A stretch of DNA of 64,000 nucleotides, taken from Candidatus Obscuribacteraceae bacterium (lineage in GTDB: Bacteria > Cyanobacteriota > Vampirovibrionia > Obscuribacterales > Obscuribacteraceae). Under the pieces are notes generated by a model. That model did not search any database. It had not been told where the DNA came from and worked only from the letters and a program-made list of their open reading frames with translations. Every line of letters begins with the position of its first letter. Positions within the stretch are counted from its first letter, which is position 1. Position numbers and translations under genes: made by a program. The stretch is taken from contig JBGASG010000002.1 in assembly GCA_044229845.1 (NCBI GenBank), positions 128,001 through 192,000 of the forward strand, in the 5' to 3' direction. Shown piece after piece: positions 22,837-32,219 of the stretch.

Positions 22837-23212
22837 TGATCTCTCCTTTGTTAGCCACCTTGTCCGATAGCCACACAGACCGGGCCTTTTGTACGGCCGA
22901 AGTGAACTCTTGAATATCGGCTTGAAATGGACCTGCGAATGGCAGTCCGCCGAGAATCCAAATTGCCAGGTCCGGTTGGCGAAGTCGGTAAAACACGTTT
23001 CGGCCTTGCTTCCGCTCGGAGATGAGCCTATGAGAGCGCAATACCGACAGATGCTGTGAAACTCCAGCAGAATTGATTTGCAAGACGTCCGCGATGGTTT
23101 TTACGTCCTTTTCTCCAGCTAATAACTCTTCAATGATGCGGATACGTTGCGGATGGGCAAGAACGCCAAACAGCTCCGCCAACTCTTTGGTCACAATTGT
23201 TCGATACGGCAT
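22829..23212 (-). CDS. ArsR/SmtB family transcriptional regulator
   Basis: LAHPQRIRII, VSQHLSVLR, RKQGRNVFYRL. Confidence 0.92.
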   Translation of the reverse strand: MPYRTIVTKELAELFGVLAHPQRIRIIEELLAGEKDVKTIADVLQINSAGVSQHLSVLRSHRLISERKQGRNVFYRLRQPDLAIWILGGLPFAGPFQADIQEFTSAVQKARSVWLSDKVANKGEINA

Positions 23213-23227
23213 AGACCCCCAAGGATT

Positions 23228-23253
23228 CAAATATTCAAGAGTTTGAATATTTG
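23228..23253. promoter_or_regulatory. Probable ArsR operator
   Basis: Perfect inverted repeat CAAATATTCAA-N4-TTGAATATTTG just upstream of the ArsR gene. Confidence 0.75.
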
Positions 23254-23500
23254 CAGCTTATCATGCGAACCAATGCCTGTCCAGTCCCAGCCCTAAAAGC
23301 CAAGGACATGCGCCTGTCTATTACCGGGTGCCGGAACCTTGGGATTGGCAAAAGAAGCCAGGCGGGGCTCTGCCAGAGAAATAGATGGGAGCGGTCAGGG
23401 ATTTACCCTGTTGGCGACAGGGTGCGTGCGTGGCATTGTGTAGGTAGGCTGGCAGGGGACGAAACATCGGTCCACCGGCACTTACCTTGGGGAAAAACAG

Positions 23501-24520
23501 ATGTCTGTCGACGATATGATGAAGTACGCCGAGATTGCGGCGCCGTGTTCCGCCACGTGGGACGAAATGACCGGCGACGACAAGATGCGATTTTGCGGTG
23601 AGTGCAAACTGCACGTTCTGAATGCGGCGGCGATGACGGATGAGGAAGTGATGCGTGCGCTGCAACGAACGCTGACCGGTGAGCGAGTCTGCATGCGGCT
23701 TTACCGGCGCGATGACGGAACGTTTCTTACCCGGAACTGTCCGAAAGGACTGCAGCTGATTCGGCAACGCGCTCAGCAAGCGGTTCGCCGAGTGGCGGCA
23801 CTGTTTTCCGGCACGCTCGCTCTGGTTATGACGTGCGCCGCCAGCGCCGCTCCGGGCAACAGCAACAACAAGCCGATCTGGCATTCCATAGTGCAAGGCG
23901 CGCCGGCGCAGGCTCCGAAGGGTCCGGCGTCGACGGGCGCGGCGAATGTGACGCCGGTGGTTCCGCGTACCTATTTTGCGCACGAGCGCATGGGACGCAT
24001 GAAGATGTGGACCGCCGAAGAGATCAAGCAACAAGAGACGAAACTTGCTCAGCTCAAGAAAAGCGGTGCATCGAAGGCAGAGATAGTGAAGCAGCTGGAG
24101 TTTCTTGCCGGCATCTGCCGCTACACAACTGGCACTGACGGCACCATGTCTGCCACGCAAGCACGCGCCGAAGCGCTGAAGCTGTACGAAGAGATGGGCG
24201 ACTGGACCAAAGCGGCGGAAACCAGTCGCAGTCTGTCGGAACTGTATCTCGCCGGACCGCACGAAAACCCGGCTAAAGCCGCCGAGTACAGGCTGAAAGC
24301 TGACCAATATTTTGTGCGCATCGCTTCGAAGAAACAGGACGAGGACAAACGCATCGCGACGGCATTGATAGAAGTGGAGAAGAACAAGGACTGGACGAAG
24401 GGCAACACGCTCTGCGCAGACGCAGCCGATGCCGCTCAAACCGCCAAAGAAACCGAGCGCTTCAATCACTGGTCGGACCGCGCCGACATGTACGCGCGGT
24501 ATATGAGAAACCCGCGCTAG
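23501..24520 (+). CDS. Hypothetical protein with N-terminal Cys motif, TM/signal segment and helical C-terminus
   Basis: 339-aa ORF; PCSATWDEM...RFCGEC...C motif. Confidence 0.7.
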   Translation: MSVDDMMKYAEIAAPCSATWDEMTGDDKMRFCGECKLHVLNAAAMTDEEVMRALQRTLTGERVCMRLYRRDDGTFLTRNCPKGLQLIRQRAQQAVRRVAALFSGTLALVMTCAASAAPGNSNNKPIWHSIVQGAPAQAPKGPASTGAANVTPVVPRTYFAHERMGRMKMWTAEEIKQQETKLAQLKKSGASKAEIVKQLEFLAGICRYTTGTDGTMSATQARAEALKLYEEMGDWTKAAETSRSLSELYLAGPHENPAKAAEYRLKADQYFVRIASKKQDEDKRIATALIEVEKNKDWTKGNTLCADAADAAQTAKETERFNHWSDRADMYARYMRNPR

Positions 24521-24536
24521 AGAAACGCGCTGGAGC

Positions 24537-25037
24537 TTATTGCGCGTTGTTCTGGTTTTCGACCAGGCGTTGCGTCTGAATCTGAAAATCCATCGGCGCA
24601 CCCAGACCTGGAATGCCCGGGAAAAACGGAATCGTCAAGAACGGGCGAATGCGAACCCTGGTGGTGACGCGCACTTCCATATCTTGCCGCTTCTGCGTGT
24701 CGGTCGTGCCGACCACATAGTCGACTTGCGTGTTTACTGGTTGCTGCAGCCCGACGAAATTGCCGATGCCCTTTGACTTCCAGTCGTCAGGGATCTTCTT
24801 GCAGACAGTGCCGTTGGGATCCTGCGCTTCCTTTTTAGGTAGCAAAGCCGCTTCGCGCAGTTGCAAGTCGTTCAGCGTCGCGCACGAGAAATAAGCAGCG
24901 CTCATGGCCACCAGGTCGAGCAGCGGAAAGAACAGCATCAGCAGCAGGATGAAGATAGCGGGACCGGTTTCGGCGATGGTTCCGCCGAAGGTGCTGCGTC
25001 TTCTTTTCATGCGTCGGGCGCGGCTGTCCTTGATCAT
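24537..25037 (-). CDS. TadE-like protein
   Basis: Basic leader, G/TIAE motif, hydrophobic helix. Confidence 0.6.
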   Translation of the reverse strand: MIKDSRARRMKRRRSTFGGTIAETGPAIFILLLMLFFPLLDLVAMSAAYFSCATLNDLQLREAALLPKKEAQDPNGTVCKKIPDDWKSKGIGNFVGLQQPVNTQVDYVVGTTDTQKRQDMEVRVTTRVRIRPFLTIPFFPGIPGLGAPMDFQIQTQRLVENQNNAQ

Positions 25038-25201
25038 GATGATGAACTTTATCCTATGCGTTTGGTCGGTGGACCGGGCTGGCGTGTGCCGCCAGTTAGA
25101 ATTACTGTCAGTTCGGTGATTTTAGCGGTGCATGACCGCACACCGACCAAGCGTCCAGATTGTGCACCCCTCAGACTCCCACGTCAAGCGGATTTCCTTC
25201 T

Positions 25202-25702
25202 ATGACTGCACCATGCACGGAACATGAGTTCATCGTCTCTGCTCAGGACTATCAGATCTATCTACAAGATGAAAAAGCAGAAACCGAATTTAGCGAAACG
25301 ATGCACGACGAATTAGTCCAGGACTTGTTTTCCATCGGCGATCGCATCGTTGCTATTGGCACCGTGCGTCCCACCGAAGTGCAGGTCGTCATCGAATGCG
25401 TTGAAGAAGAACCGGAAGATGAAGATCTGGAAGACTGGGATCAAGTGGTGGAATGCAGTCTTGATGTGCCATCGGGAACGCTGGTGATCACCAACAATAT
25501 CGAGAGCTTCGACATGGCGGCGCGGGTGCAATTGAATGCACCAGGCGTTTATCGCTTGCGCATTTTCTACGGAATGCTCGATGAAGTCGATGACGAAGGT
25601 TTTGAAGGCGACGACTTCTATAAAGTGGTGCTCTGGCCGGATTCGATGCAAGAGCCGAAGATGTTGAAGAAGTGGTTCCCGTCACTCAACTTCGAACCGT
25701 AG
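25202..25702 (+). CDS. Acidic hypothetical protein
   Basis: ORF with WDQVVECSL and GVYRLR. Confidence 0.65.
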   Translation: MTAPCTEHEFIVSAQDYQIYLQDEKAETEFSETMHDELVQDLFSIGDRIVAIGTVRPTEVQVVIECVEEEPEDEDLEDWDQVVECSLDVPSGTLVITNNIESFDMAARVQLNAPGVYRLRIFYGMLDEVDDEGFEGDDFYKVVLWPDSMQEPKMLKKWFPSLNFEP

Positions 25703-25707
25703 AACGG

Positions 25708-25735
25708 TGGACACAAAACGCGTTCGCGCTATAAT
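25708..25735 (+). promoter_or_regulatory. Sigma70-type promoter for the leader peptide/tRNA operon
   Basis: TGGACA-N16-TATAAT. Confidence 0.7.
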
Positions 25736-25744
25736 GAGATCACT

Positions 25745-25804
25745 ATGAACAAGAACCTGACACTACGACTTAGCCTCCCACTGCGCCTATATTATTTAGG
25801 TTAG
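25745..25804 (+). CDS. Putative leader peptide MNKNLTLRLSLPLRLYYLG
   Basis: ATG 9 nt after TATAAT; 7 Leu and 2 Tyr in 19 codons; upstream of Leu and Tyr tRNA genes. Confidence 0.7.
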   Translation: MNKNLTLRLSLPLRLYYLG

Positions 25805-25904
25805 GCAGTAGGCTTCGCGCGTATTTGTGATCCGGTCAATTTCATAGAAAGGATTCCGCTCTCTTATCGCGTAGAAGCCGCTTGCACGGCTTAAACCAGC
25901 GCAC

Positions 25905-25982
25905 GCCCGTGTGATGCAACTGGCAGACATCGCCGTCTTAAAAACGGTGTTTCTGGTGGTTCGAATCCACTCACGGGCACCA
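25905..25982 (+). tRNA. tRNA-Leu(TAA), short variable loop, CCA encoded
   Basis: GCCCGTG/CACGGGC acceptor stem, loop CTTAAAA, GTTCGAATC T-arm. Confidence 0.88.
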
Positions 25983-25985
25983 CAT

Positions 25986-26062
25986 GCCGACGTGATGCAA
26001 CTGGCAGACATCCTCGCCTCAGAAGCGCGGTTCTGGTGGTTCGAATCCACTCGTCGGCACCA
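25986..26062 (+). tRNA. tRNA-Leu(CAG), short variable loop, CCA encoded
   Basis: GCCGACG/CGTCGGC acceptor stem, loop CTCAGAA. Confidence 0.88.
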
Positions 26063-26064
26063 TC

Positions 26065-26141
26065 GCCGGTGTGATGCAATTGGCAGACATCGATAGCTCA
26101 AACCTATCGTCTTGGTGGTTCAACTCCACTCACCGGCACCA
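26065..26141 (+). tRNA. tRNA-Leu(CAA), short variable loop, CCA encoded
   Basis: GCCGGTG/CACCGGC acceptor stem, GATAG/CTATC stem, loop CTCAAAC. Confidence 0.88.
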
Positions 26142-26144
26142 CTG

Positions 26145-26220
26145 GCCGACGTGATGCAATGGCAGACATCGTTGATCGAGAATCAACGTCCTGGTGGTTC
26201 GAGTCCACTCGTCGGCACCA
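26145..26220 (+). tRNA. tRNA-Leu(GAG), short variable loop, C33, CCA encoded
   Basis: GTTGA/TCAAC stem, loop TCGAGAA. Confidence 0.85.
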
Positions 26221-26278
26221 CTTTTTCAAATCACCCTGAACCAATATGAGGAAGAAACTTGAATACGGAGAAACGACC

Positions 26279-26368
26279 CGGCGGGTGAAGCCGAGTTGGT
26301 CGAAGGCGCCGTCCTGTAAAGTCGGACTCGCAAGAGTTAACACGTAGGTTCGAATCCTACCCCGCCGA
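26279..26368 (+). tRNA. Atypical tRNA-Tyr(GTA)
   Basis: CGGCGGG/CCCGCCG acceptor stem, loop CTGTAAA, variable arm ACTC-GCAA-GAGT, GTAGG-TTCGAAT-CCTAC T-arm; no CCA. Confidence 0.8.
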
Positions 26369-26436
26369 ATCGTTTCACCATGGACTCTGCTACCATGAAC
26401 AGGTAGTCATACCGTCTCAAGTTAAGGCGAGTTCAG

Positions 26437-27231
26437 ATGCAAATGAGTAATCGCAGAAATTCGATGCCCCCGAGCGCAAAACAGGCACAGGCAGCAGGTT
26501 TTGCCGGACTGTGCCTATCGCTTTTGCTGAGCAGCGTGTTGCCCGCGGCAGCCAATGTCATTCCGGGCGGCACGGGTATTTCCTTCGGGCAGAACCATTC
26601 CTTCATTCTTAAGGCGCCTCCTGGCTGGTCGTTAGATACCGATGCCGGCGCCCAGCAAAATCTGCAGGCGGTCTTCTATCCCGACGAGTCGGACTGGGAC
26701 GGTCCCGTCGCCATGTACACCGAAGTAGATGCGCGCGAGGGCATGGGTCTCGATGCGGCGATTCAAGCTGATATTCAGGACATGAAGACAGACACGCCAG
26801 GACTTAAGGTCAGCGACGGCGGCACCGCGCCGACCGGCGACGGCAAGACCGCCACAATCAAGTATTTCAGCGGCAGCAAAGACGGCAGTTTCGAAGCCAT
26901 CGGCTACGTGCTCGAAAAGAATGTCGTCATCAACATCATTCTCACTGCCCGCAGCAAAGCGCAGTTCGATGGTGCGCTTCCGACTTTCCGCAAGCTGGTT
27001 GGTTCCTATAAATACCTGACCGACAATCCGAAGGGCGCCGATCTGAAAGCGCTCGCCAAGGCAGCCGGTGCCAAACCGACGCCGGGAGCGGAAGAATCCG
27101 GTGATACCGGATCTGGTGGCGGCACCACCACGGCTCCACGTAGCGGCGGCACAGGTTCCGCGAGTACCGGCACCACACCTGCCACCACCAAGCCGTCGAT
27201 CGGCAAACCCGTCACCAAAGACGATTTCTAA
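26437..27231 (+). CDS. Secreted hypothetical protein with Gly/Thr-rich tail
   Basis: Signal-peptide-like segment LLLSSVLPAAA; 264 aa. Confidence 0.7.
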   Translation: MQMSNRRNSMPPSAKQAQAAGFAGLCLSLLLSSVLPAAANVIPGGTGISFGQNHSFILKAPPGWSLDTDAGAQQNLQAVFYPDESDWDGPVAMYTEVDAREGMGLDAAIQADIQDMKTDTPGLKVSDGGTAPTGDGKTATIKYFSGSKDGSFEAIGYVLEKNVVINIILTARSKAQFDGALPTFRKLVGSYKYLTDNPKGADLKALAKAAGAKPTPGAEESGDTGSGGGTTTAPRSGGTGSASTGTTPATTKPSIGKPVTKDDF

Positions 27232-27239
27232 TAAGCCTC

Positions 27240-28427
27240 TTAGAGCGAGACCTGGTTCCACGGATCGTACGGGTCCTGCTCGTCCCACCATGGCTTGACC
27301 GGCTGCGGATTGAGAAGTTTATTCGCCATCTCTTCGTATTGAGCGGCCGGTTTGACGGCGCCCTGCTGACGCAAAAGCGATGCATAGTATTTGTAGACCA
27401 CGCCTTTTTGCGTATCGGTGAACCAATCACTATATTGGCTCAATGAGTTCAACGCGGCGGGAAACTGATTCGCGGCAGCGGCTTTATCACCAGCGAGCAA
27501 GCTGGCAAACGGCAGCATCAGCCTCGCCTTCTCATGCTCGTAGCTGGTCAATTGATCATAACCGGCAGGCGGGCTGTCGAGCACGAATCGCCAGTAGCGC
27601 AGCGCCCCACTATACGCGCCGGCGGCCATCGCGTTTTCTGCGGATTTGCAAACCGCGGATAGCCCGGCTTGCTCATCGTACTTTCCAAATCGGGGAGGCG
27701 GCTCCAACGAGGGATGGCTGTCATCAAGAAATCGGGCTCGATCAATGAGCTCTTCCACGCGTTTGGCGTCGTCCTGTCGATCGGCATGCAAGTACGCAAG
27801 TTGGATCAATTCGAACTCTGGAATCCGCGAGGGTCCATACGGCTGATCGATGGCGCCGAACCACTCATCGGCAACTTGCGCCGCCTTTTGCCATTGCTTC
27901 TGGTCAAGCCTCAGACCCAGCTCGGAATATGTGATGGCAGCATTGGGATAGTCGTCGCCTCCTCGTGCGTCGTCTAAACAAGACTCAGCGCCCTTGACGT
28001 TGCCTACCCACAAATAGTAATTGGCAATATCCATGTTGGCCGCGTTGAGCGTGGCGGGCAGAATTATTCCGCGTGCCAGTCGCAGTTTTAGTTTCAGCAA
28101 CGTCACGGCATCGCCTGTCTTCGGAACATCGCCGAGATAGCCAATATTCCTGGGCGTCTCGCTGACAGGTCCAATCAGGTAATTAGTAACGGACAAAACT
28201 GCGGCCAACACAATTGCGATGATCGCCAGTCCAAGATCCCCGGCTCTTCCGGGCTTGTTCTTTTTCTTCGGTCCCTCCTTCTTGCCCGTCGGCGACGATG
28301 CGGCAGGGGTAGCAGCCGATGTCGGCGCAGGTTGCGGCTCGTCCGACTCAGTCTCGCGGGGCGACTCCTTCAACTCGACAGAGTCGATACCGTCCGTGGT
28401 GTCCGGCTTGAAGGGCTTCGGATCCAT
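27240..28427 (-). CDS. Single-pass membrane protein with helical-repeat C-terminus
   Basis: 395-aa ORF, TM segment LGLAIIAIVLAAVL. Confidence 0.7.
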   Translation of the reverse strand: MDPKPFKPDTTDGIDSVELKESPRETESDEPQPAPTSAATPAASSPTGKKEGPKKKNKPGRAGDLGLAIIAIVLAAVLSVTNYLIGPVSETPRNIGYLGDVPKTGDAVTLLKLKLRLARGIILPATLNAANMDIANYYLWVGNVKGAESCLDDARGGDDYPNAAITYSELGLRLDQKQWQKAAQVADEWFGAIDQPYGPSRIPEFELIQLAYLHADRQDDAKRVEELIDRARFLDDSHPSLEPPPRFGKYDEQAGLSAVCKSAENAMAAGAYSGALRYWRFVLDSPPAGYDQLTSYEHEKARLMLPFASLLAGDKAAAANQFPAALNSLSQYSDWFTDTQKGVVYKYYASLLRQQGAVKPAAQYEEMANKLLNPQPVKPWWDEQDPYDPWNQVSL

Positions 28428-28445
28428 GGCGGCTGATCAACCTCG

Positions 28446-30203
28446 CTAGCGAGCGGGTATGTTATTGCGGCTGAACGAGACTTCCTGAATCAAAAGTTGC
28501 ACGAGTGGCGTAAGCTTCATATTTTGCGCGAAGTGTTTATTGATGGCGCCCAGAACGTATTGGCGCAAATCGTCGCCCGACAGCTTCGACAGCACTGCCT
28601 TATTTTGCAAAATCTCGGTGACGTCGGCTTTCAGCTGATTGATGAAGTCTTCGGGAAGCACGCCGCGTGGCAAAATCAAACCGCGAATGGAGATGTCGGG
28701 ACCGGCAACAATGTCGCGTTCTTTGGTGAGTGTCAAAACTATGTTGACCACGCCGTCTTCAGCGAGCAACAAACGTTCTTCCACAGTTTGCCAGTGAATT
28801 TCCCAGGACCCATTAGAATCGATGAGCACGATGCCGGCATCGATGCTGCCAATCTTAGATCCGCCGTCCTTGCGCAGTTCAAGCACATCACCGTTTTCCA
28901 GAACGAAGGTGTTCTCGCGCGCAACACCGCACTCGACTGCGAGTTCCGCGTGCTTCACGAGCATGCGAAATTCACCGTGGATAGGAATGAAATACTTCGG
29001 TTTGCAAAGGTTGATCATCAACTTCTGTTCTTCGCGGCAAGCGTGTCCGGACACGTGCACGCCGGAATCGCGACCGTAGATAACCTCCGCGCCACGCACG
29101 AACAATTTGTTGATCGTGTTGGCGATGGAACGCTCGTTGCCGGGAATCGGAGTCGCCGACACGATCACCGTGTCGCCACGGGCGATTTTGATTTGCTTGT
29201 GTTCGTCGCGCGCAATACGGCTCAGCGCTGACAGCGGCTCGCCCTGGCTGCCGGTGGTGAGAATGACGACTTTGTCGTGCGGCAGGTTGACGGTTTCTTC
29301 CACGCGAATAATCAGCCCGTCGGGGAACGTCATGTAACCGAGTTCTCGCGATATGTTGGCGAGGTTGAGCATCGAGCGTCCAAGGATCGCTACCTTGCGG
29401 TCGTATTTGATAGCCGCCTGCAATATCTGGCGAATACGGTGCACGTTGCTGGCGAAGGTGGTGACGATAATGCGCTTCTTCGCGTTGGCGAAGACTTCAT
29501 CGAGTTTCTTCCAGACAGATCTCTCTGAGGGTGTGTGCCCGGCGCGCTCGGTGTTGGTGCTGTCGCTGAGCAGGGCGAGAATGCCATCTTCAGCCGCGGC
29601 TGCCAGACTGGCGATGTCGTACTGTTCGCCGTCGACCGGCGTAAAGTCGAACTTGAAGTCGCCGGTGTGCACCACAGCACCAACCGGTGTGTGAATGATC
29701 AAACTGAAAGAGTCGGCAATCGAATGTGTGCAACGAATGAATTGCACGTTGAAGCAACCGACCTTCACTATTTGACGCGGGCGCACCTGGCGCATGACGG
29801 TGCGATCTTCGAGCCCGTATTCTTTGAATTTCTCTTCCAGAAGACCCAGTGCCAGTGCCGGTCCGTAGATAACCGGACAGTCGACTTCGCGCAGAATTTG
29901 CGGCACGCCACCGATGTGGTCTTCGTGTCCATGCGTGATCAAAAGCGCCTTCAGCTTGCTGGCATGTTCTTTGATGAATGAAATGTCGGGCAGCACGATG
30001 TCGACGCCCAGCATATCCTCTGAAGGAAACGCCAGTCCGGCATCGACCAGAATCATGTCGTTGCCGTACATGATGGCCATCGTGTTCTTGCCGATTTCAC
30101 CCAGTCCGCCAATGGGGATGATCTTCAATCCATTGGGTGAGCCGAGTTGTCCGCCGTTATTGATGGCGGCGTTGGGTTGTTTGCTATGGCGTTCGCTGGT
30201 CAC
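28446..30203 (-). CDS. rnj: Ribonuclease J
   Basis: GGLGEIGKN, THGHEDHIG, HTGDFK, TGSQGEP, HVSGHA. Confidence 0.97.
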   Translation of the reverse strand: MTSERHSKQPNAAINNGGQLGSPNGLKIIPIGGLGEIGKNTMAIMYGNDMILVDAGLAFPSEDMLGVDIVLPDISFIKEHASKLKALLITHGHEDHIGGVPQILREVDCPVIYGPALALGLLEEKFKEYGLEDRTVMRQVRPRQIVKVGCFNVQFIRCTHSIADSFSLIIHTPVGAVVHTGDFKFDFTPVDGEQYDIASLAAAAEDGILALLSDSTNTERAGHTPSERSVWKKLDEVFANAKKRIIVTTFASNVHRIRQILQAAIKYDRKVAILGRSMLNLANISRELGYMTFPDGLIIRVEETVNLPHDKVVILTTGSQGEPLSALSRIARDEHKQIKIARGDTVIVSATPIPGNERSIANTINKLFVRGAEVIYGRDSGVHVSGHACREEQKLMINLCKPKYFIPIHGEFRMLVKHAELAVECGVARENTFVLENGDVLELRKDGGSKIGSIDAGIVLIDSNGSWEIHWQTVEERLLLAEDGVVNIVLTLTKERDIVAGPDISIRGLILPRGVLPEDFINQLKADVTEILQNKAVLSKLSGDDLRQYVLGAINKHFAQNMKLTPLVQLLIQEVSFSRNNIPAR

Positions 30204-30233
30204 GAAATTGTCTCGGTCTCCGTGTGGTCGGGG

Positions 30234-31157
30234 TTAGACGCGCGCGTGCACTTTCAAATCGCTGAGCACTTTGTCCAGTGCCTCGCGCTGCGCGGGATTG
30301 AGCGGCACCAGCGGCAGGCGCAGCGTCGGCTGGCACAGTCCCATTTTCGACATCGCATACTTGACGCAGGTTGGATTGGGAGCGGTGAAAAGCCCCTTGA
30401 AGAGCGGCAGATATTGATAATGCAGCTTGCGGGCTTCATCATGTTTGCCGTCGAAATACGCGGCAATCATTTGCTGAATTGGCGTGCCGACCAGATGACT
30501 GGCGACGCTGACGATGCCGCACGCCCCCACCGCGAGAAACGGCAAGGTCATGTAATCGTCACCTGAATAAACGCGGAACGACTCGCGCGCCCGCCCGGCA
30601 AGTTCGGACGCCTGTTCGACGTTGCCTGTGGAATCTTTGACGGCGTGCACGTTGTCATGGCGCTTTGCCAATTCTATGAGCGTATCGCTGTTGATGTTGA
30701 CACCAGTGCGCCCGGGAATGTTGTAAATCAAAAGCGGTAGACTGGTGGCATCGGCGATGGCACCAAAGTGCGCCAGCATACCGTCTTGCGACGGCTTGTT
30801 GTAATAGGGCGCCACCACCAGCGCACCATCGACGCCGGCGCTCTCGGCTTCTTTGGTTGCCTTCACCGACTTGGCAGTGTCGTTGGAACCAGTTCCCATG
30901 ATGATCTTGGCTTTGCCGCCGTTGGCAGCCATGACCGTCTTCAGGAGTTCCTGTTTCTCCGCTTCATCCAGCGTCGGGCTCTCGCCTGTGGTACCGCAAA
31001 CGACAATCGTGTCGGTGCCGTTTTTGAGCAGGTGCTCGACAATCTTGCGCACTGCGGCATGGTCAACCTTGAGGTCGGCATCGAAGGGTGTCACCATCGC
31101 GGTGGCTACTCGTCCGAAGAGGTTGGCATCCGTCTTGATCATTGTCTTTTCCTGCAT
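30234..31157 (-). CDS. dapA: 4-hydroxy-tetrahydrodipicolinate synthase
   Basis: GTTGES, PYYNKP, YNIPGRTG, KDS. Confidence 0.97.
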   Translation of the reverse strand: MQEKTMIKTDANLFGRVATAMVTPFDADLKVDHAAVRKIVEHLLKNGTDTIVVCGTTGESPTLDEAEKQELLKTVMAANGGKAKIIMGTGSNDTAKSVKATKEAESAGVDGALVVAPYYNKPSQDGMLAHFGAIADATSLPLLIYNIPGRTGVNINSDTLIELAKRHDNVHAVKDSTGNVEQASELAGRARESFRVYSGDDYMTLPFLAVGACGIVSVASHLVGTPIQQMIAAYFDGKHDEARKLHYQYLPLFKGLFTAPNPTCVKYAMSKMGLCQPTLRLPLVPLNPAQREALDKVLSDLKVHARV

Positions 31158-31172
31158 TGCTTGGTTGCGTAA

Positions 31173-32219
31173 CTATTTAGAGCCGACTGCGGACCGCAAC
31201 AGGTCGTGCTCCACCATGTACTCGGCGATGCGAATGGCATTCAGTGCCGCACCGATGCGCAGGTTGTCGGCGACCACCCACAGGTTCAAGCCGTTTTCCG
31301 AGGAGGTGTCGGGACGGATGCGCCCGACATACACAGGATCTTGTCCGGCGGCATCAACAGGTGTCGGGTAGTGAGCTTTGGTTGGGTCATCCCAGACTTC
31401 GATGATCGGGCTGTTGGCCAGGCACTCGCGCGCTTGCGCCGGGCTGAGGCGACGTTCGAGATCGACGGTGACCGCTTCGCTGTGACCGATCATGACGGGC
31501 ACACGCACGGTGGTGGCAGTAACCGGCAGATCGGGCAATTCGAGGATTTTGCGGGTTTCATGCACCATCTTCATTTCTTCGAGGGTGTAGCCGTTTTCAT
31601 CGAAAACGTCGATGTGCGGTATCAGGTTGAAGGCAATCTGTCTGCTCAATACTTTCGGCGCATATTCGCTGCCATGGAGAATGGCATGCGTTTGCGTCTC
31701 CAGCTCTTCCATGGCTTCTTTGCCGGCGCCGCTGACCGATTGATAGGTGGAGATGATGACGCGCTTCAAGCCGGCAGCTTCGTGCAGCTGCTTGAGCACC
31801 GGCACCAGTTGCGCCGTCGAGCAGTTGGGGTTGGCGATGATGCCGCTGTGCTTGTGCAAAGCATGGGCATTCACCTCGGGCACCACCAGCGGTACACCTT
31901 CCTGCATGCGGAAGGCATTGGAGTTATCGATGAATACGCAGCCTTGTTGCACCGCCAGCGGTGCCAGTTCCTTGCTGATGCCGCTGCCGGCGGACGCCAA
32001 CACGACATCGACACCTTTGAAGGCTTCGGCGCTCGGCTCCTGCACGGGCAGTTTCTCACCACGAAACTCGATGGTCATATCCTTGGAGCGCGCGCTGGCC
32101 AGCAAGCGCAATTCTTTGACGGGAAACTTGCGTTCTTCCAGAACTTTCAACAACTCCTGACCGACGCGCCCCGTCGCTCCCAGTATTGCTACAGTAATTG
32201 GTTGACGTTGTCCGGTCAT
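31173..32219 (-). CDS. asd: Aspartate-semialdehyde dehydrogenase
   Basis: GATGRVG, ANPNCST, YQSVSGAG, DNLRIGAA. Confidence 0.97.
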   Translation of the reverse strand: MTGQRQPITVAILGATGRVGQELLKVLEERKFPVKELRLLASARSKDMTIEFRGEKLPVQEPSAEAFKGVDVVLASAGSGISKELAPLAVQQGCVFIDNSNAFRMQEGVPLVVPEVNAHALHKHSGIIANPNCSTAQLVPVLKQLHEAAGLKRVIISTYQSVSGAGKEAMEELETQTHAILHGSEYAPKVLSRQIAFNLIPHIDVFDENGYTLEEMKMVHETRKILELPDLPVTATTVRVPVMIGHSEAVTVDLERRLSPAQARECLANSPIIEVWDDPTKAHYPTPVDAAGQDPVYVGRIRPDTSSENGLNLWVVADNLRIGAALNAIRIAEYMVEHDLLRSAVGSK

